NCBI GenBank assembly: GCA_964414555.1
Contig: CAYPWW010000003.1
Coordinates: 59-64,058, forward strand
Length of the DNA: 64,000 bases
Source: an uncultured Algimonas sp.
GTDB lineage: Bacteria; Pseudomonadota; Alphaproteobacteria; Caulobacterales; Maricaulaceae
Reading direction: 5' to 3'
Under the pieces are notes generated by a model that saw only the letters and a list, made by a program, of their open reading frames with translations, was not told the origin of the DNA and did no database searches. Below, piece after piece: positions 54,794 through 64,000 of this stretch (its first letter is position 1; each line of letters starts with the position of its first letter). The position numbers and the translations under genes are program-made.

Positions 54794-55477
54794 ATGGAGA
54801 AGCAGATGCGAATACTCGTTGTCGAAGATGACTCGGTTGCGGCCGAATATGTCCGAAAAGGACTGATGGAGGCCGGCCATGTTGTCGATCTCGCCCCCGA
54901 TGGAGATCTGGGGTTAGAAATGGCCCGCGCCGCAGATTATGATGCTTTGATTCTGGACCGGATGCTGCCAAAGCGTGACGGGTTGGAGTTGCTCTCTGAT
55001 TTGCGCGAAGACGGCGATGCAACGCCCGTGCTGATCCTATCAGCGCTAGGTGAAGTCGATCAAAAAGTCGAAGGCTTGCGAGCCGGTGGCGATGATTATC
55101 TCGCCAAGCCCTACAGCTTCACGGAACTCCTCGCGCGTGTCGAAGCGATTGGGCGCCGCTCTGATCCTACGGCGGCTGTCACAAAGCTGAAAGTCGGCGG
55201 GTTGGAGATGGACCTCCTCGCGCGGACCGTTCGTCGCGATGGTCAGAAAATTCTCCTGCAACCGCGCGAATTTCGCCTGTTGGAATGTCTGATGCGCAAT
55301 GCGGGTCGGGTTGTGACCCGCACGATGTTGCTTGAAAAAGTCTGGGACTACCACTTTGACCCCCAGACCAACGTTATCGACGTCCATATTTCGCGCCTGC
55401 GTGGCAAGATCGACAAAGAGTTCGATGAGCCGCTGCTACATACTGTGCGCGGTGCGGGCTATCGCTTGCAGGTCTAG
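54794..55477 (+). CDS. OmpR-family response regulator (CusR/CpxR-like)
   Basis: LILDRMLP, DDYLAKP, VWDYHFDPQTNVIDVHISRLR. Confidence 0.93.
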   Translation: MEKQMRILVVEDDSVAAEYVRKGLMEAGHVVDLAPDGDLGLEMARAADYDALILDRMLPKRDGLELLSDLREDGDATPVLILSALGEVDQKVEGLRAGGDDYLAKPYSFTELLARVEAIGRRSDPTAAVTKLKVGGLEMDLLARTVRRDGQKILLQPREFRLLECLMRNAGRVVTRTMLLEKVWDYHFDPQTNVIDVHISRLRGKIDKEFDEPLLHTVRGAGYRLQV

Positions 55478-55501
55478 GCCCGCCCGCCTAGGACGATCCG
55501 C

Positions 55502-57094
55502 ATGATTGCGGCCATACAAAAAATGATGCGGAACACGCTGTTCCGCCTCTCCCTGCTCGGGGCGTTGCTGACGATTTTTTCTGTCGGCGCGTCGCTGGGC
55601 TATATGTATTATTCTATGATCAATACGGAGCTGGACCGCGTTGATGGCGTTAACATCGCCGAGATCTCAGAACTCCAAAATGTCTATGACCAAGCCGGTC
55701 AGACAGCCATACAAGCCGCAATCGCAACGGGACGTCTGGACCCACGGATCACGGCGGATAGTCCGCTTTACAAGAACGTCTATAATGTTGTCGGTTTTGA
55801 AGCCGTCGGTAATGCCGTGGACGAGCGCGGGACAAGTTTCGAGGGCCTCTATTTCTTGGCGAACCGGAGCGCCCAGCCTCGCGGGAACCTGTCGAACCGG
55901 ACGGGGGATGAAAAATTCGAGACTTTAGCGCAGGCCGAAGACGGCGAGCGCATATTTAGCCTCATTCAGTTCCGCTATAATAATCCGCAATTTCAATCAG
56001 ACGAATTTAATGATCGCCGTGCGCGCGGGATTGTCAGCTATATCATGCTGGATGAAGAGCGGGTCGCGAGTGTCATTGTCGGAAAAGACGTAGAATCTAT
56101 TTCGCGTACGGGGGAAAGAATTCGTACGACCTTACTGCCTGCGATGGGGATCGCGGCTTTTCTCGGCTTATTGTCTTCTTTCTTTGTCTCCCGACGTTTT
56201 GCCCGGCGTGTGGAAGGGTTCAACCGCCTCGCTACCGATGTTCGTGCGGGCAATCTCGACCGTCGTGCGCCGCGAAATTATTCCGAAGATGAGATGGACC
56301 TGCTGGCCGAGCATTTGAACGCGATGCTGGATCATATCTCTCGCCTGATGGAGGCGATGCGCTATGCCGGGGATAGTGTCGCCCATGACTTGCGGACGCC
56401 CCTAACGCGACTGCGCACACGATTGGAAACCGCTGCCGTTGAGTTGGGCGAAGCCGAGGAGGCCGACGTCCTTTATGCGGCGGCGGATGATGCGGATCAG
56501 CTTTTGACGACGTTTGACTCCGTCCTGCGGATTGCACGACTGGAAGCGGGCGAGCGGCGCGAGCTCCTAAAACCGCTGGACCCTAAACCTATCCTTGATG
56601 ACCTCGCCGAGCTTTATGAGCCAGCCTGCGAGGATGCTGGATTGAGTTTTAAGGCGGATATTTCGTCGAAGGCGATGATCTCTGCAGATCGAGGGCTACT
56701 CTCGCAAGCCGTCTCGAACCTCTTGGAGAATGCGATTAAATATACGCCGTCTGGCGGGTCGATCACGCTGATCTGTCGCCGCACACGTGGGCATATCGAG
56801 ATCGCGATTGCCGATGATGGGCCGGGCATTCCCAGCTGGGATCGTGAGCGCGTGAAGGAGCGCTTTGTCCGCTTAGATAAATCGCGATCTCTCCCAGGCA
56901 GTGGTCTGGGGCTATCTTTGGTCGAAGCTGTCGCTGATCTTCACCGTGCAGAGTTTATCATGGCGGATAATGAAGATTTGCCTGATGCTGATAATGGCGG
57001 AGATGCGAACCGCCCGGGCCTTCGCGCTAGTCTGATGTTCCCAAGGTTGAAGTCGCGTCAGGTTGAGACAAAAACTGACGCCGTCTCGGCATAA
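55502..57094 (+). CDS. Sensor histidine kinase
   Basis: Two TMs, HAMP, VAHDLRTPLTRL, NLLENAIKY, DDGPG, GSGLGL. Confidence 0.93.
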   Translation: MIAAIQKMMRNTLFRLSLLGALLTIFSVGASLGYMYYSMINTELDRVDGVNIAEISELQNVYDQAGQTAIQAAIATGRLDPRITADSPLYKNVYNVVGFEAVGNAVDERGTSFEGLYFLANRSAQPRGNLSNRTGDEKFETLAQAEDGERIFSLIQFRYNNPQFQSDEFNDRRARGIVSYIMLDEERVASVIVGKDVESISRTGERIRTTLLPAMGIAAFLGLLSSFFVSRRFARRVEGFNRLATDVRAGNLDRRAPRNYSEDEMDLLAEHLNAMLDHISRLMEAMRYAGDSVAHDLRTPLTRLRTRLETAAVELGEAEEADVLYAAADDADQLLTTFDSVLRIARLEAGERRELLKPLDPKPILDDLAELYEPACEDAGLSFKADISSKAMISADRGLLSQAVSNLLENAIKYTPSGGSITLICRRTRGHIEIAIADDGPGIPSWDRERVKERFVRLDKSRSLPGSGLGLSLVEAVADLHRAEFIMADNEDLPDADNGGDANRPGLRASLMFPRLKSRQVETKTDAVSA

Positions 57095-57112
57095 TCAAAT
57101 CTAGTTTTATCT

Positions 57113-59854
57113 TTAAGCTGCAGGCTTCTGCACGATCGGGGGCGGCGCCTGAACCGGTGCAGGAGCGGGCTGCGCTGGCGGCTCCTCTCCCAAGGCTGTC
57201 TCGTTCTGTTGCAACACCTGTGCGATATCTGCGGCAATCCGGGAGATTTCGCTACCGACTTCGCTGCTCGTATCGGCAACAGCCTGCTTGGCAGGTGTAT
57301 TTGGTAGGGTGAAGATAACCGTCGTCCCTTGGCCCACCACGGACTGGATCGCAAAGTTGCCACCGTGCAATTCGACCAATGATTTCGACAGAGCCAAGCC
57401 GAGACCTGTGCCTTCATGTTGTCGAGAGTGTTGGCTATCAATCTGTTCGAACGGCTGGGCGAGGCGTTTGATGTCCTCTTCTGATATGCCGATACCTGTG
57501 TCGGAAACGCGCACGATCAGGCCTGCCGATTTAACCTCAACGCCGATTGTGACGACGCCACCTTCTGGTGTAAATTTAATCGCATTGGTCGTCAGGTTCA
57601 GCAGGATCTGTTTCACAGCGCGCGGGTCGGCCTCGATCTCTGGCGTAGCCGCACCATCATAAATTAGCTTCAAGCGGTTCTCATCTGCCCGCCCGCGAAC
57701 AATCCGCATGACCTGCGAAATCATATCGGACATCGCCATGGCTTCTGTGTTCAATGTCATTTTACCGGCTTCAATTTTGGACATGTCCAGAATGTCGTTG
57801 ATCAGCGAGAGCAGATGCTGGCCTGAAAACAGGATGTCATTGACATATTCGGCGTAGCGCGCGTCGCCGAGCGGTCCGAACATTTCCTTTTTCATGATGT
57901 CAGAGAAGCCGTTGATCGCGTTCAGCGGTGTTCGCAGCTCATGACTCATATTTGCGAGGAATTCTGACTTGGAGTGGTTGGCTTCTTCAGCGCGGATTTT
58001 CTCCTGCTCATAATTTTCGGCCAGTTCCACGATGCGGACTTGCGATTTGCGTAGAACCTTAATCGTTTGCTCCAAAGCCTCCTGATTGGCGCGTAACTCA
58101 TGTTCACGCGTTCGAATGGCGGTCACTTCTGTACCGATTGAGACACGTCCGCCATCGGTTGTGTAAGTCTCCAGATAACGAACCCATCGGCCATCCGACA
58201 GTTGGATTTCGTTACCCGTTCCGTCGCCCAGTTTTAATTCCTGCGCGATCGCGGCCTTGGCGTGATATTCGACAACGGCATATTCCATGCCTTGTTGTAG
58301 ATTGCCGGGTTTGAAGCCGAAGAAATCTTCGAATTTCGTATTCCAAAGAACAAGGCGGTCCATTTGGTCCCAAATGACAAAACTGTCGTTCATAGATCGC
58401 AGGGCATCAAACAGACGCGCTTCAGCAGCTTGAAGGCGGGCTTGCGCGCCGCGTGTCTCTGTAACGTCAATGGCCATGCCCAAAACGAGTTTGGTCTGAT
58501 CATCGCGGGTCATGGGACGACCACGGCAAGACATGAAAATTGGAACGTGCGCGACGCCCATTTCCATTTCGAAGGCGCCGTTCATGTGCGCACGACGGAG
58601 GAGGCTGTAAAAACCATCACGCTGCGCGACATCAAACAGGGCCAAAAACTTCGGAAGCGGTAAAGTCGTCTCGGTCTCTGGTAATCCCACAGTCTTGGCG
58701 AGAGATGGGCTTAGATAGGCTGTGTTACGCGTTAGATCGACTTCCCAAATACCGCCTTGGCTCCCATCAATGGCCGTCCGGTAGCGTTGGCGAGAAATCG
58801 TTTCTTCGTGACTTTGTTTTCGGACGGCATCAATTTGCTTCAATAATTGCGTCATCAACATCCAAATCAACCAAGCTGATCCAAGAAAAAGCGACCCGAA
58901 CAGCAAGAGATTTTGCTTCAACCCGGTCGACATGCCCCGTGGCGTGATATCGATAACGGAGAGGTTTGAGGTTTGTCCCACGCGCGCAGCACCTAACCAA
59001 ACGCGATCGTCTGCGCGGACGTGCTGGACAACATTCACACTATCGTCGCCTAACGTCATGTTGGTGAGTTTGTTCGGCGTAACGCGGTAATAGGATTGCG
59101 TGCCTTGCGACGCGATTGTCGGTGAGCCATCTACGACGCGCCCAGAATCGAGCATAAGAACGCGAGAGCCTGTCCGGTCCCCGACGAGTGCGCCAGGCTC
59201 CAGAGCCACAACGAGATAGCGGTCCCCAGCTTTCCGTGTGACGACGGGGGTCGCATTCCCCTCGTCATTGATCAAAGAATCGACGCGGACGCCTTGCGCA
59301 GGCACGTTTCGACGATCCAAAGCAGCCAGAGGACGCCCCACGCCAACGGTTTCTGCCAACACGCGGCCATTTCCGTCGATAACAGCGGCGCCGATGATGT
59401 TCTTAGAACGTGTCACGATATTGACGACCTGCTGCGGGCTGCCGTTCATGGATAAGGCTGTTTCGATCCAAGCAATTTCGGAATCGAGCTCTGATGTTAC
59501 GGCGCGGGCTTGTGCGGCGAGGGCGGTGCCAAAACGGTTGATTTCTTCATCGCGTTGCGCGCCGGCATCATTGACGAATTTGGTGATCGCCAGAATGATG
59601 AAGAGCGCAAAAAATAGCAGGGTAGAGATCAGTAGGCGCTTGAAAATATCTCGACCGCCGAGGCGCGATGATAAGCGCGAAACGAAGTCTTCGCCGCCTG
59701 CCGAGGTGCCTTCGGGTCGTGTGAAGACAGGTGGTCTTGCGCCAGTGTTTTGTGCTGCTGGTGCGACAGGGCGCGGCGGGACTTGTCCAGCAGGTGCGAC
59801 GGGTTGCGGCGGCGCATAAGGTTGCGCGGGCATGGTTGGCCGATCCTGCAACAC
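57113..59854 (-). CDS. pleC: PAS-domain histidine kinase PleC
   Basis: Two TMs, PAS domains, KSEFLANMSHELRTPLNAINGFS, ILDMSKIEAGK, GTGLGLALSKSL. GTG start follows a GGGGAG RBS; pepN is nearby. Confidence 0.85.
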   Translation of the reverse strand: MLQDRPTMPAQPYAPPQPVAPAGQVPPRPVAPAAQNTGARPPVFTRPEGTSAGGEDFVSRLSSRLGGRDIFKRLLISTLLFFALFIILAITKFVNDAGAQRDEEINRFGTALAAQARAVTSELDSEIAWIETALSMNGSPQQVVNIVTRSKNIIGAAVIDGNGRVLAETVGVGRPLAALDRRNVPAQGVRVDSLINDEGNATPVVTRKAGDRYLVVALEPGALVGDRTGSRVLMLDSGRVVDGSPTIASQGTQSYYRVTPNKLTNMTLGDDSVNVVQHVRADDRVWLGAARVGQTSNLSVIDITPRGMSTGLKQNLLLFGSLFLGSAWLIWMLMTQLLKQIDAVRKQSHEETISRQRYRTAIDGSQGGIWEVDLTRNTAYLSPSLAKTVGLPETETTLPLPKFLALFDVAQRDGFYSLLRRAHMNGAFEMEMGVAHVPIFMSCRGRPMTRDDQTKLVLGMAIDVTETRGAQARLQAAEARLFDALRSMNDSFVIWDQMDRLVLWNTKFEDFFGFKPGNLQQGMEYAVVEYHAKAAIAQELKLGDGTGNEIQLSDGRWVRYLETYTTDGGRVSIGTEVTAIRTREHELRANQEALEQTIKVLRKSQVRIVELAENYEQEKIRAEEANHSKSEFLANMSHELRTPLNAINGFSDIMKKEMFGPLGDARYAEYVNDILFSGQHLLSLINDILDMSKIEAGKMTLNTEAMAMSDMISQVMRIVRGRADENRLKLIYDGAATPEIEADPRAVKQILLNLTTNAIKFTPEGGVVTIGVEVKSAGLIVRVSDTGIGISEEDIKRLAQPFEQIDSQHSRQHEGTGLGLALSKSLVELHGGNFAIQSVVGQGTTVIFTLPNTPAKQAVADTSSEVGSEISRIAADIAQVLQQNETALGEEPPAQPAPAPVQAPPPIVQKPAA

Positions 59855-59996
59855 TGTCTCCCCTTCGTGTTCGGACGGTATGGTCCGGACATTTCCATCC
59901 TATTGGATGATCCCACTTACAAACGTCCGCTCTCTACCGGACGAATCATCCTTTACAGGACTAGCCGTAAGGGTCAGCCTAGTCGAACAAAACGTG

Positions 59997-60012
59997 GTTA
60001 ATATGACGTTTA
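59997..60012 (-). promoter_or_regulatory. Near-consensus CtrA site upstream of pleC
   Basis: The minus strand reads TAAA-N7-TTAAC versus the consensus TTAA-N7-TTAAC. Confidence 0.4.
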
Positions 60013-60074
60013 ATTCCGCGCTTTTTCTCGGTTTTCGTGATGAAACTGTGACGCGCTTGCGGGCTTCGTCCCGT

Positions 60075-60803
60075 CTAAGTGATGCGGGTTTCGGGTTCTG
60101 GTCGGCCGATGGCGAAACCTTGCGCCGCGTCAAAGCCGAGTTCCGTGACGAAATCCCGTAACTCCTGCGTCTCGACGCCTTCCGCAATAAAGCGCACGTC
60201 TAGCGGCTCGCGGAGCGATAAGAGTGCTCGCAGAATGGCCCGATCTCGCGAGGCATTAAACGCCGCCGCAACGAAACCACCGTCAATTTTCAACCAGTTA
60301 CAAGGTAGGGCACGCAAATAGCGGATGGACGCCGCGCCTGCACCGACATCGTCCAGACATACCGGGTGCCCTCTGGATTTCAGCTCTCCCAATAACGTAT
60401 CCGCATGATCCAAATCTTGCATATGCCAGCTCTCGGTCAGCTCAATGACCAGTTTGGTTGGCGACGCTTGGAGGGCTGTTAGGCACGCCATGACGGATGC
60501 TTTAAAATTGGGCTTATCGACTGAGGCGCCAGAGAGGTTGATGGCGATACCTCCGCCATCCGGATTTTCGTTCAGCACGAGGATCGCTTGCGCCAGCATG
60601 GACAGGTCCAAATCACGGATGACGCCTGAAATCTCTGCCGGTCGTAAAACGCCTTCTAGGTGCGTATCTTGGTCAAATCGTACGAGCCATTCGTGATGGT
60701 GCAACTGACCCGTCGACAGCGAGACAATCGGCTGACGCATGATAGAAAAGCGCTGTTCGGACACATGGTCGCGAAATCCTTCGGCTGTATGAAGCGAGGT
60801 CAT
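60075..60803 (-). CDS. Stand-alone EAL domain protein (c-di-GMP phosphodiesterase)
   Basis: QPIV...EWL, INLS, IELTE, LDDVGAG, LKID, AEGVE, QGF. Confidence 0.9.
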   Translation of the reverse strand: MTSLHTAEGFRDHVSEQRFSIMRQPIVSLSTGQLHHHEWLVRFDQDTHLEGVLRPAEISGVIRDLDLSMLAQAILVLNENPDGGGIAINLSGASVDKPNFKASVMACLTALQASPTKLVIELTESWHMQDLDHADTLLGELKSRGHPVCLDDVGAGAASIRYLRALPCNWLKIDGGFVAAAFNASRDRAILRALLSLREPLDVRFIAEGVETQELRDFVTELGFDAAQGFAIGRPEPETRIT

Positions 60804-60855
60804 GTCAGAGAGAATAAGCGAAGTGTGTTAAAATACCGCTCTCAGGACCTGCACT

Positions 60856-63474
60856 TTAATTGTCGCTGCCCAAGGTCTTCTGTGCGATTTCCAAGACGTT
60901 TTTGCTGGGTTTGGCCGCGATGACGCGTTGCAGCTCGGTTCCGATCAGAGTTTGGCGTTCGTCATCTAGTTTTCGCCAGACTTCAAACGCGCCCAACAGG
61001 CGCGCGGCCACGGACGGATTACGACTGTCCATATCCAAGACTTGATCGGCAAAGAAGCGATAGCCAGAGCCATCAATTTTATGGAACAGATCGGCATTGC
61101 CCATCGCAAACCCGCCGACCAAGGCGCGGACACGGTTTGGATTGGTGCGTTGATATCGCGCGCTCTCTGTAAGCTGCAGGATAGACTGAACACCACCCGC
61201 ATGGGGCCGCATGGCTTGCACGGAAAACCACTTGTCGATGACCAGCGGGTTGGCCTCCCAACGTGTGTAGAAGTCTTCCATATTTGTCTCGACACGTTGC
61301 CCGCCAAGACGGGTTAGTGTGACCAAGGCAGACAGCTCGTCGGTCATATTCGTGGCTTCGGCCAGCTGGGCCTGCGCGAGAGTTGCGGCCAGTGGGTCAT
61401 GTCGCACGGCCAGTAAAGCCAGGCAACGGTTGCGCAACGCACGCCGTCCGGCCGAGGCGGCGTCTGGGCTGTAAGCGCCGTCATCTGCCAGCGCATGATA
61501 GCGCTCTAGCAATGTGTCTCGCAGATGGTCTGCTACCGCGCGGGACAGCCATTTTCCGGCGGCCTGCACAGCGAGGGGGTCCGCTTGATCGAGGCTTTGC
61601 AAAACTTCCATCGGGGCAGGCGGTGTCAGCGCTAAGGCTTTGAAGGCATTGTTGAAGTGCGGGTTATCCAACGTGCGCGCTAGACCTTCGCAATAGCCCT
61701 GTAACGCCCGATCGACGGACGGAATTTCACCCGCTGCGATGGCATGGGTCATGTTGCCCATCAGTTGACGCGCGAGGGTTTGGCCAGCTTCCCAACGGTT
61801 AAAGGCATTGGGATCTGACCGCATCAACCGCAGCAAATCTTCCGTTGAGGCATCCGTTTTCAACGTCACGGGCGCAGAGAAATCCTGCAACACGGAGAGC
61901 GAATGTGGACTGTCGAAACGCGGATAGGTGACGCTTTCGTCTTTCGTTGAGAGCAAGGTCAGCTGTGGCTCCATCAGGGCGCCATCATCGCCAATCGCTT
62001 GCCAGCGGATGGGGATGACCATTGGGTCTTTATGGGGCTGTCCCGGTGTCGGGTGCGTGGTTTGTGTGAATGTCACGATTTGGCTGTCCGATGACAACGT
62101 CTGCGCCTCGCTCCGCCGAACGGACAGCTCTGGCGTGCCGGCCTGTTGATACCAGCGCATGAATTGCGAGAGGTCTTCGCCGCTGGATTGCTCGAAACAC
62201 GCGATGAACTGCTCGACCGTCGCAGCCGTGCCGTCCAGCGTGTCGAAATAGAGATCACAGGCTTTGCGAAACGCGTCGGCGCCCAACCATGTTTTCAGCA
62301 TCCGGATCAGCTCCGCGCCTTTCTCATAAATCGTCGCGGTGTAGAAATTGTCGATTTTCAGATATTGGTCAGGGCGCACGGGATGGGCGAGAGGTCCCGC
62401 GTCCTCAGCGAATTGCCGCGCGCGCAAGGCACGCACGTCTTTGATCCGTTGCACGGCCGCGCCGCGTTGATCGGCAGAAAACTCTTGATCGCGGAAAACG
62501 GTGAAGCCTTCTTTCAGGCAGAGCTGGAACCAATCGCGACAGGTGATGCGATTGCCGGTCCAATTGTGGAAATACTCATGCGCGACAACGCTCTCGATCC
62601 GCTCGAAATTCATATCCGTTGCGGATTTTCCGTCTGCCAGCAGCAGCGCAGAGTTGAAGATGTTCAGCCCCTTATTCTCCATCGCGCCGAAATTGAAATC
62701 GCGCACGGCGACGATCATGAAACGGTCCAGATCATATTCGCGGCCAAACGCCTCTTCGTCCCAGCGCATGGAGCGTTTCAGCGCGTCCATCGCATATTCG
62801 GCCTGTGGCGCATTGCCGGGGTCGACGAAGATTTCTAGCGGGATGTCGCGGCCGCTCATCGTCGTGAAGCTGTCCTCCAACACATCAAACTCTCCCGCGA
62901 CAAGCGCGAAGAGATAGCAGGGCTTCGGAAAGGGGTCGTGCCAGACGGCGAAATGACGCTCGGCGTTGATCGCGCCGCTCTCAACCAAATTCCCATTTGC
63001 CAGCAGGGTCGGGCAGGTCTTCAGGTCTGCCTCGATCCGCACGGTGAACACGCTCATCACATCGGGGCGGTCGGGATAGAAGGTAATCCTGCGAAAGCCT
63101 TCCGCCTCGCACTGGGTGCAGAACCGCCCACCGGATACGTATAGCCCCATCAGGGTCGAATTTTCCTTTGGGTTACAGCGCGAACGGATTTCCAGCGTGA
63201 ACGGCCCGCCTTGTTTCGGCAGGGTCAGTGCCTCTTGGTTCAGCTGATATTCCGTGCGCTTCAACACGCGCCCGTCGATGGCAACCGACAGCAGGTCGAT
63301 ATTCTCGCCGTTGAGAACAAACGGCTCATCGCGAACCGGCCGCACCTCCATCTTGGACGTCACCTCTGTCGCCGTGGGTGACAGGTCGAAGCTCAGATGC
63401 ACGGATGTGATGTCATGGCTCGGCGGTGTGTAATCAGAGAGCAGGGTCGGCGTCGGGGCGGTGTCTGTGCGCAT
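60856..63474 (-). CDS. pepN: Aminopeptidase N (M1 family)
   Basis: TQCEAEGFRRIT, GAMENKGLN, HEYFHNWTGNR...KEG, YEKGAE. Confidence 0.98.
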   Translation of the reverse strand: MRTDTAPTPTLLSDYTPPSHDITSVHLSFDLSPTATEVTSKMEVRPVRDEPFVLNGENIDLLSVAIDGRVLKRTEYQLNQEALTLPKQGGPFTLEIRSRCNPKENSTLMGLYVSGGRFCTQCEAEGFRRITFYPDRPDVMSVFTVRIEADLKTCPTLLANGNLVESGAINAERHFAVWHDPFPKPCYLFALVAGEFDVLEDSFTTMSGRDIPLEIFVDPGNAPQAEYAMDALKRSMRWDEEAFGREYDLDRFMIVAVRDFNFGAMENKGLNIFNSALLLADGKSATDMNFERIESVVAHEYFHNWTGNRITCRDWFQLCLKEGFTVFRDQEFSADQRGAAVQRIKDVRALRARQFAEDAGPLAHPVRPDQYLKIDNFYTATIYEKGAELIRMLKTWLGADAFRKACDLYFDTLDGTAATVEQFIACFEQSSGEDLSQFMRWYQQAGTPELSVRRSEAQTLSSDSQIVTFTQTTHPTPGQPHKDPMVIPIRWQAIGDDGALMEPQLTLLSTKDESVTYPRFDSPHSLSVLQDFSAPVTLKTDASTEDLLRLMRSDPNAFNRWEAGQTLARQLMGNMTHAIAAGEIPSVDRALQGYCEGLARTLDNPHFNNAFKALALTPPAPMEVLQSLDQADPLAVQAAGKWLSRAVADHLRDTLLERYHALADDGAYSPDAASAGRRALRNRCLALLAVRHDPLAATLAQAQLAEATNMTDELSALVTLTRLGGQRVETNMEDFYTRWEANPLVIDKWFSVQAMRPHAGGVQSILQLTESARYQRTNPNRVRALVGGFAMGNADLFHKIDGSGYRFFADQVLDMDSRNPSVAARLLGAFEVWRKLDDERQTLIGTELQRVIAAKPSKNVLEIAQKTLGSDN

Positions 63475-63634
63475 GGTGTGAGTCCTTCGTCTTCGAGGCG
63501 TTTTGGGGAAGGTGCGTGTTTAAGGCAATGGGACAAATCGGAGTTCCTTCGCCCGCATAATGCCATCCCCCCTAGACATCGACCCGCTATCCGCTAAGGG
63601 CCGCGCAACACTTCTTAGCGCGTGAAATTTTGCC

Positions 63635-64000
63635 ATGTCCGACTCTATTCAATTCCTTCGTAACGTTGCCATCGTGGCCCACGTTGACCACGGTAAAACG
63701 ACGCTCGTCGATAAGCTGCTGCGGCAGTCCGGTACGCTGGACGAACGCGGCGACCGTGAAGAGCGCGTCATGGACTCCGGCGATATCGAGAAAGAGCGCG
63801 GGATTACCATTCTGGCGAAGAATACCGCGATTGGCTGGACTGACCCTGACAACCAGCCATGGCGCATCAATATCGTCGACACCCCAGGTCACGCGGATTT
63901 CGGCGGCGAGGTCGAGCGCGTGCTCTCCATGGTCGATTCTGTTGTGTTGCTGGTCGATGCTGTCGAAGGTCCGATGCCGCAGACGTCTTTCGTGACGAAG
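63635..64000 (+). CDS. typA: Translational GTPase TypA/BipA, 5' part (runs off the window)
   Basis: [26 protein letters not shown]...[18 protein letters not shown]...[24 protein letters not shown]. Absent from the supplied ORF track. Confidence 0.95.
   Translation, partial: MSDSIQFLRNVAIVAHVDHGKTTLVDKLLRQSGTLDERGDREERVMDSGDIEKERGITILAKNTAIGWTDPDNQPWRINIVDTPGHADFGGEVERVLSMVDSVVLLVDAVEGPMPQTSFVTK

Noticed and set aside
59832-60161. 109-aa plus-strand ORF between pleC and the EAL gene
   Set aside because: It overlaps both genes in antisense, covers the pleC promoter region and has no recognisable features.

Overview
Chromosomal window from an alphaproteobacterium with roughly 58-60% GC by eye. 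The gene set (pleC, mucR, DUF2336, GTA cluster) suggests a Caulobacterales/Maricaulales-like organism; this is an inference. From left to right: the 3' end of dxs, a low-GC lipoprotein insert and tlyA; three tandem secreted glycine-zipper paralogues, one with six 31-aa Cys repeats; an esterase, aroC, a mini J-domain protein, pdxH, DUF1499, an MBL hydrolase coupled to an ATP-grasp-like gene, sppA and tRNA-Gln(TTG). Next come a TtpC-type TonB operon (2x DUF3450, ttpC-like, exbB, 2x exbD, tonB, TPR) with a separately transcribed tonB duplicate, then ptrB and DUF2336. An mrp/mnh Na+/H+ antiporter operon lacks a fused MrpA, carries a low-GC orphan flanked by ATGATTGA repeats, and is coupled to mucR. 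A PAS gene and a GafY/GafZ-like pair sit directly upstream of an intact, compact RcGTA-type gene transfer agent head-tail cluster (about 35.3-49.0 kb). The window ends with a DnaJ-family gene, PepSY plus a two-component system, DUF938, degP plus a second two-component system, pleC, a stand-alone EAL gene, pepN and the 5' end of typA. No CRISPR array, integrase or transposase was seen. The strongest leads are the glycine-zipper triad, the miniaturised GTA with its activator genes in cis, and orphan genes slotted into operons with coupling preserved. All calls come from motif recognition by eye; no database search was run.
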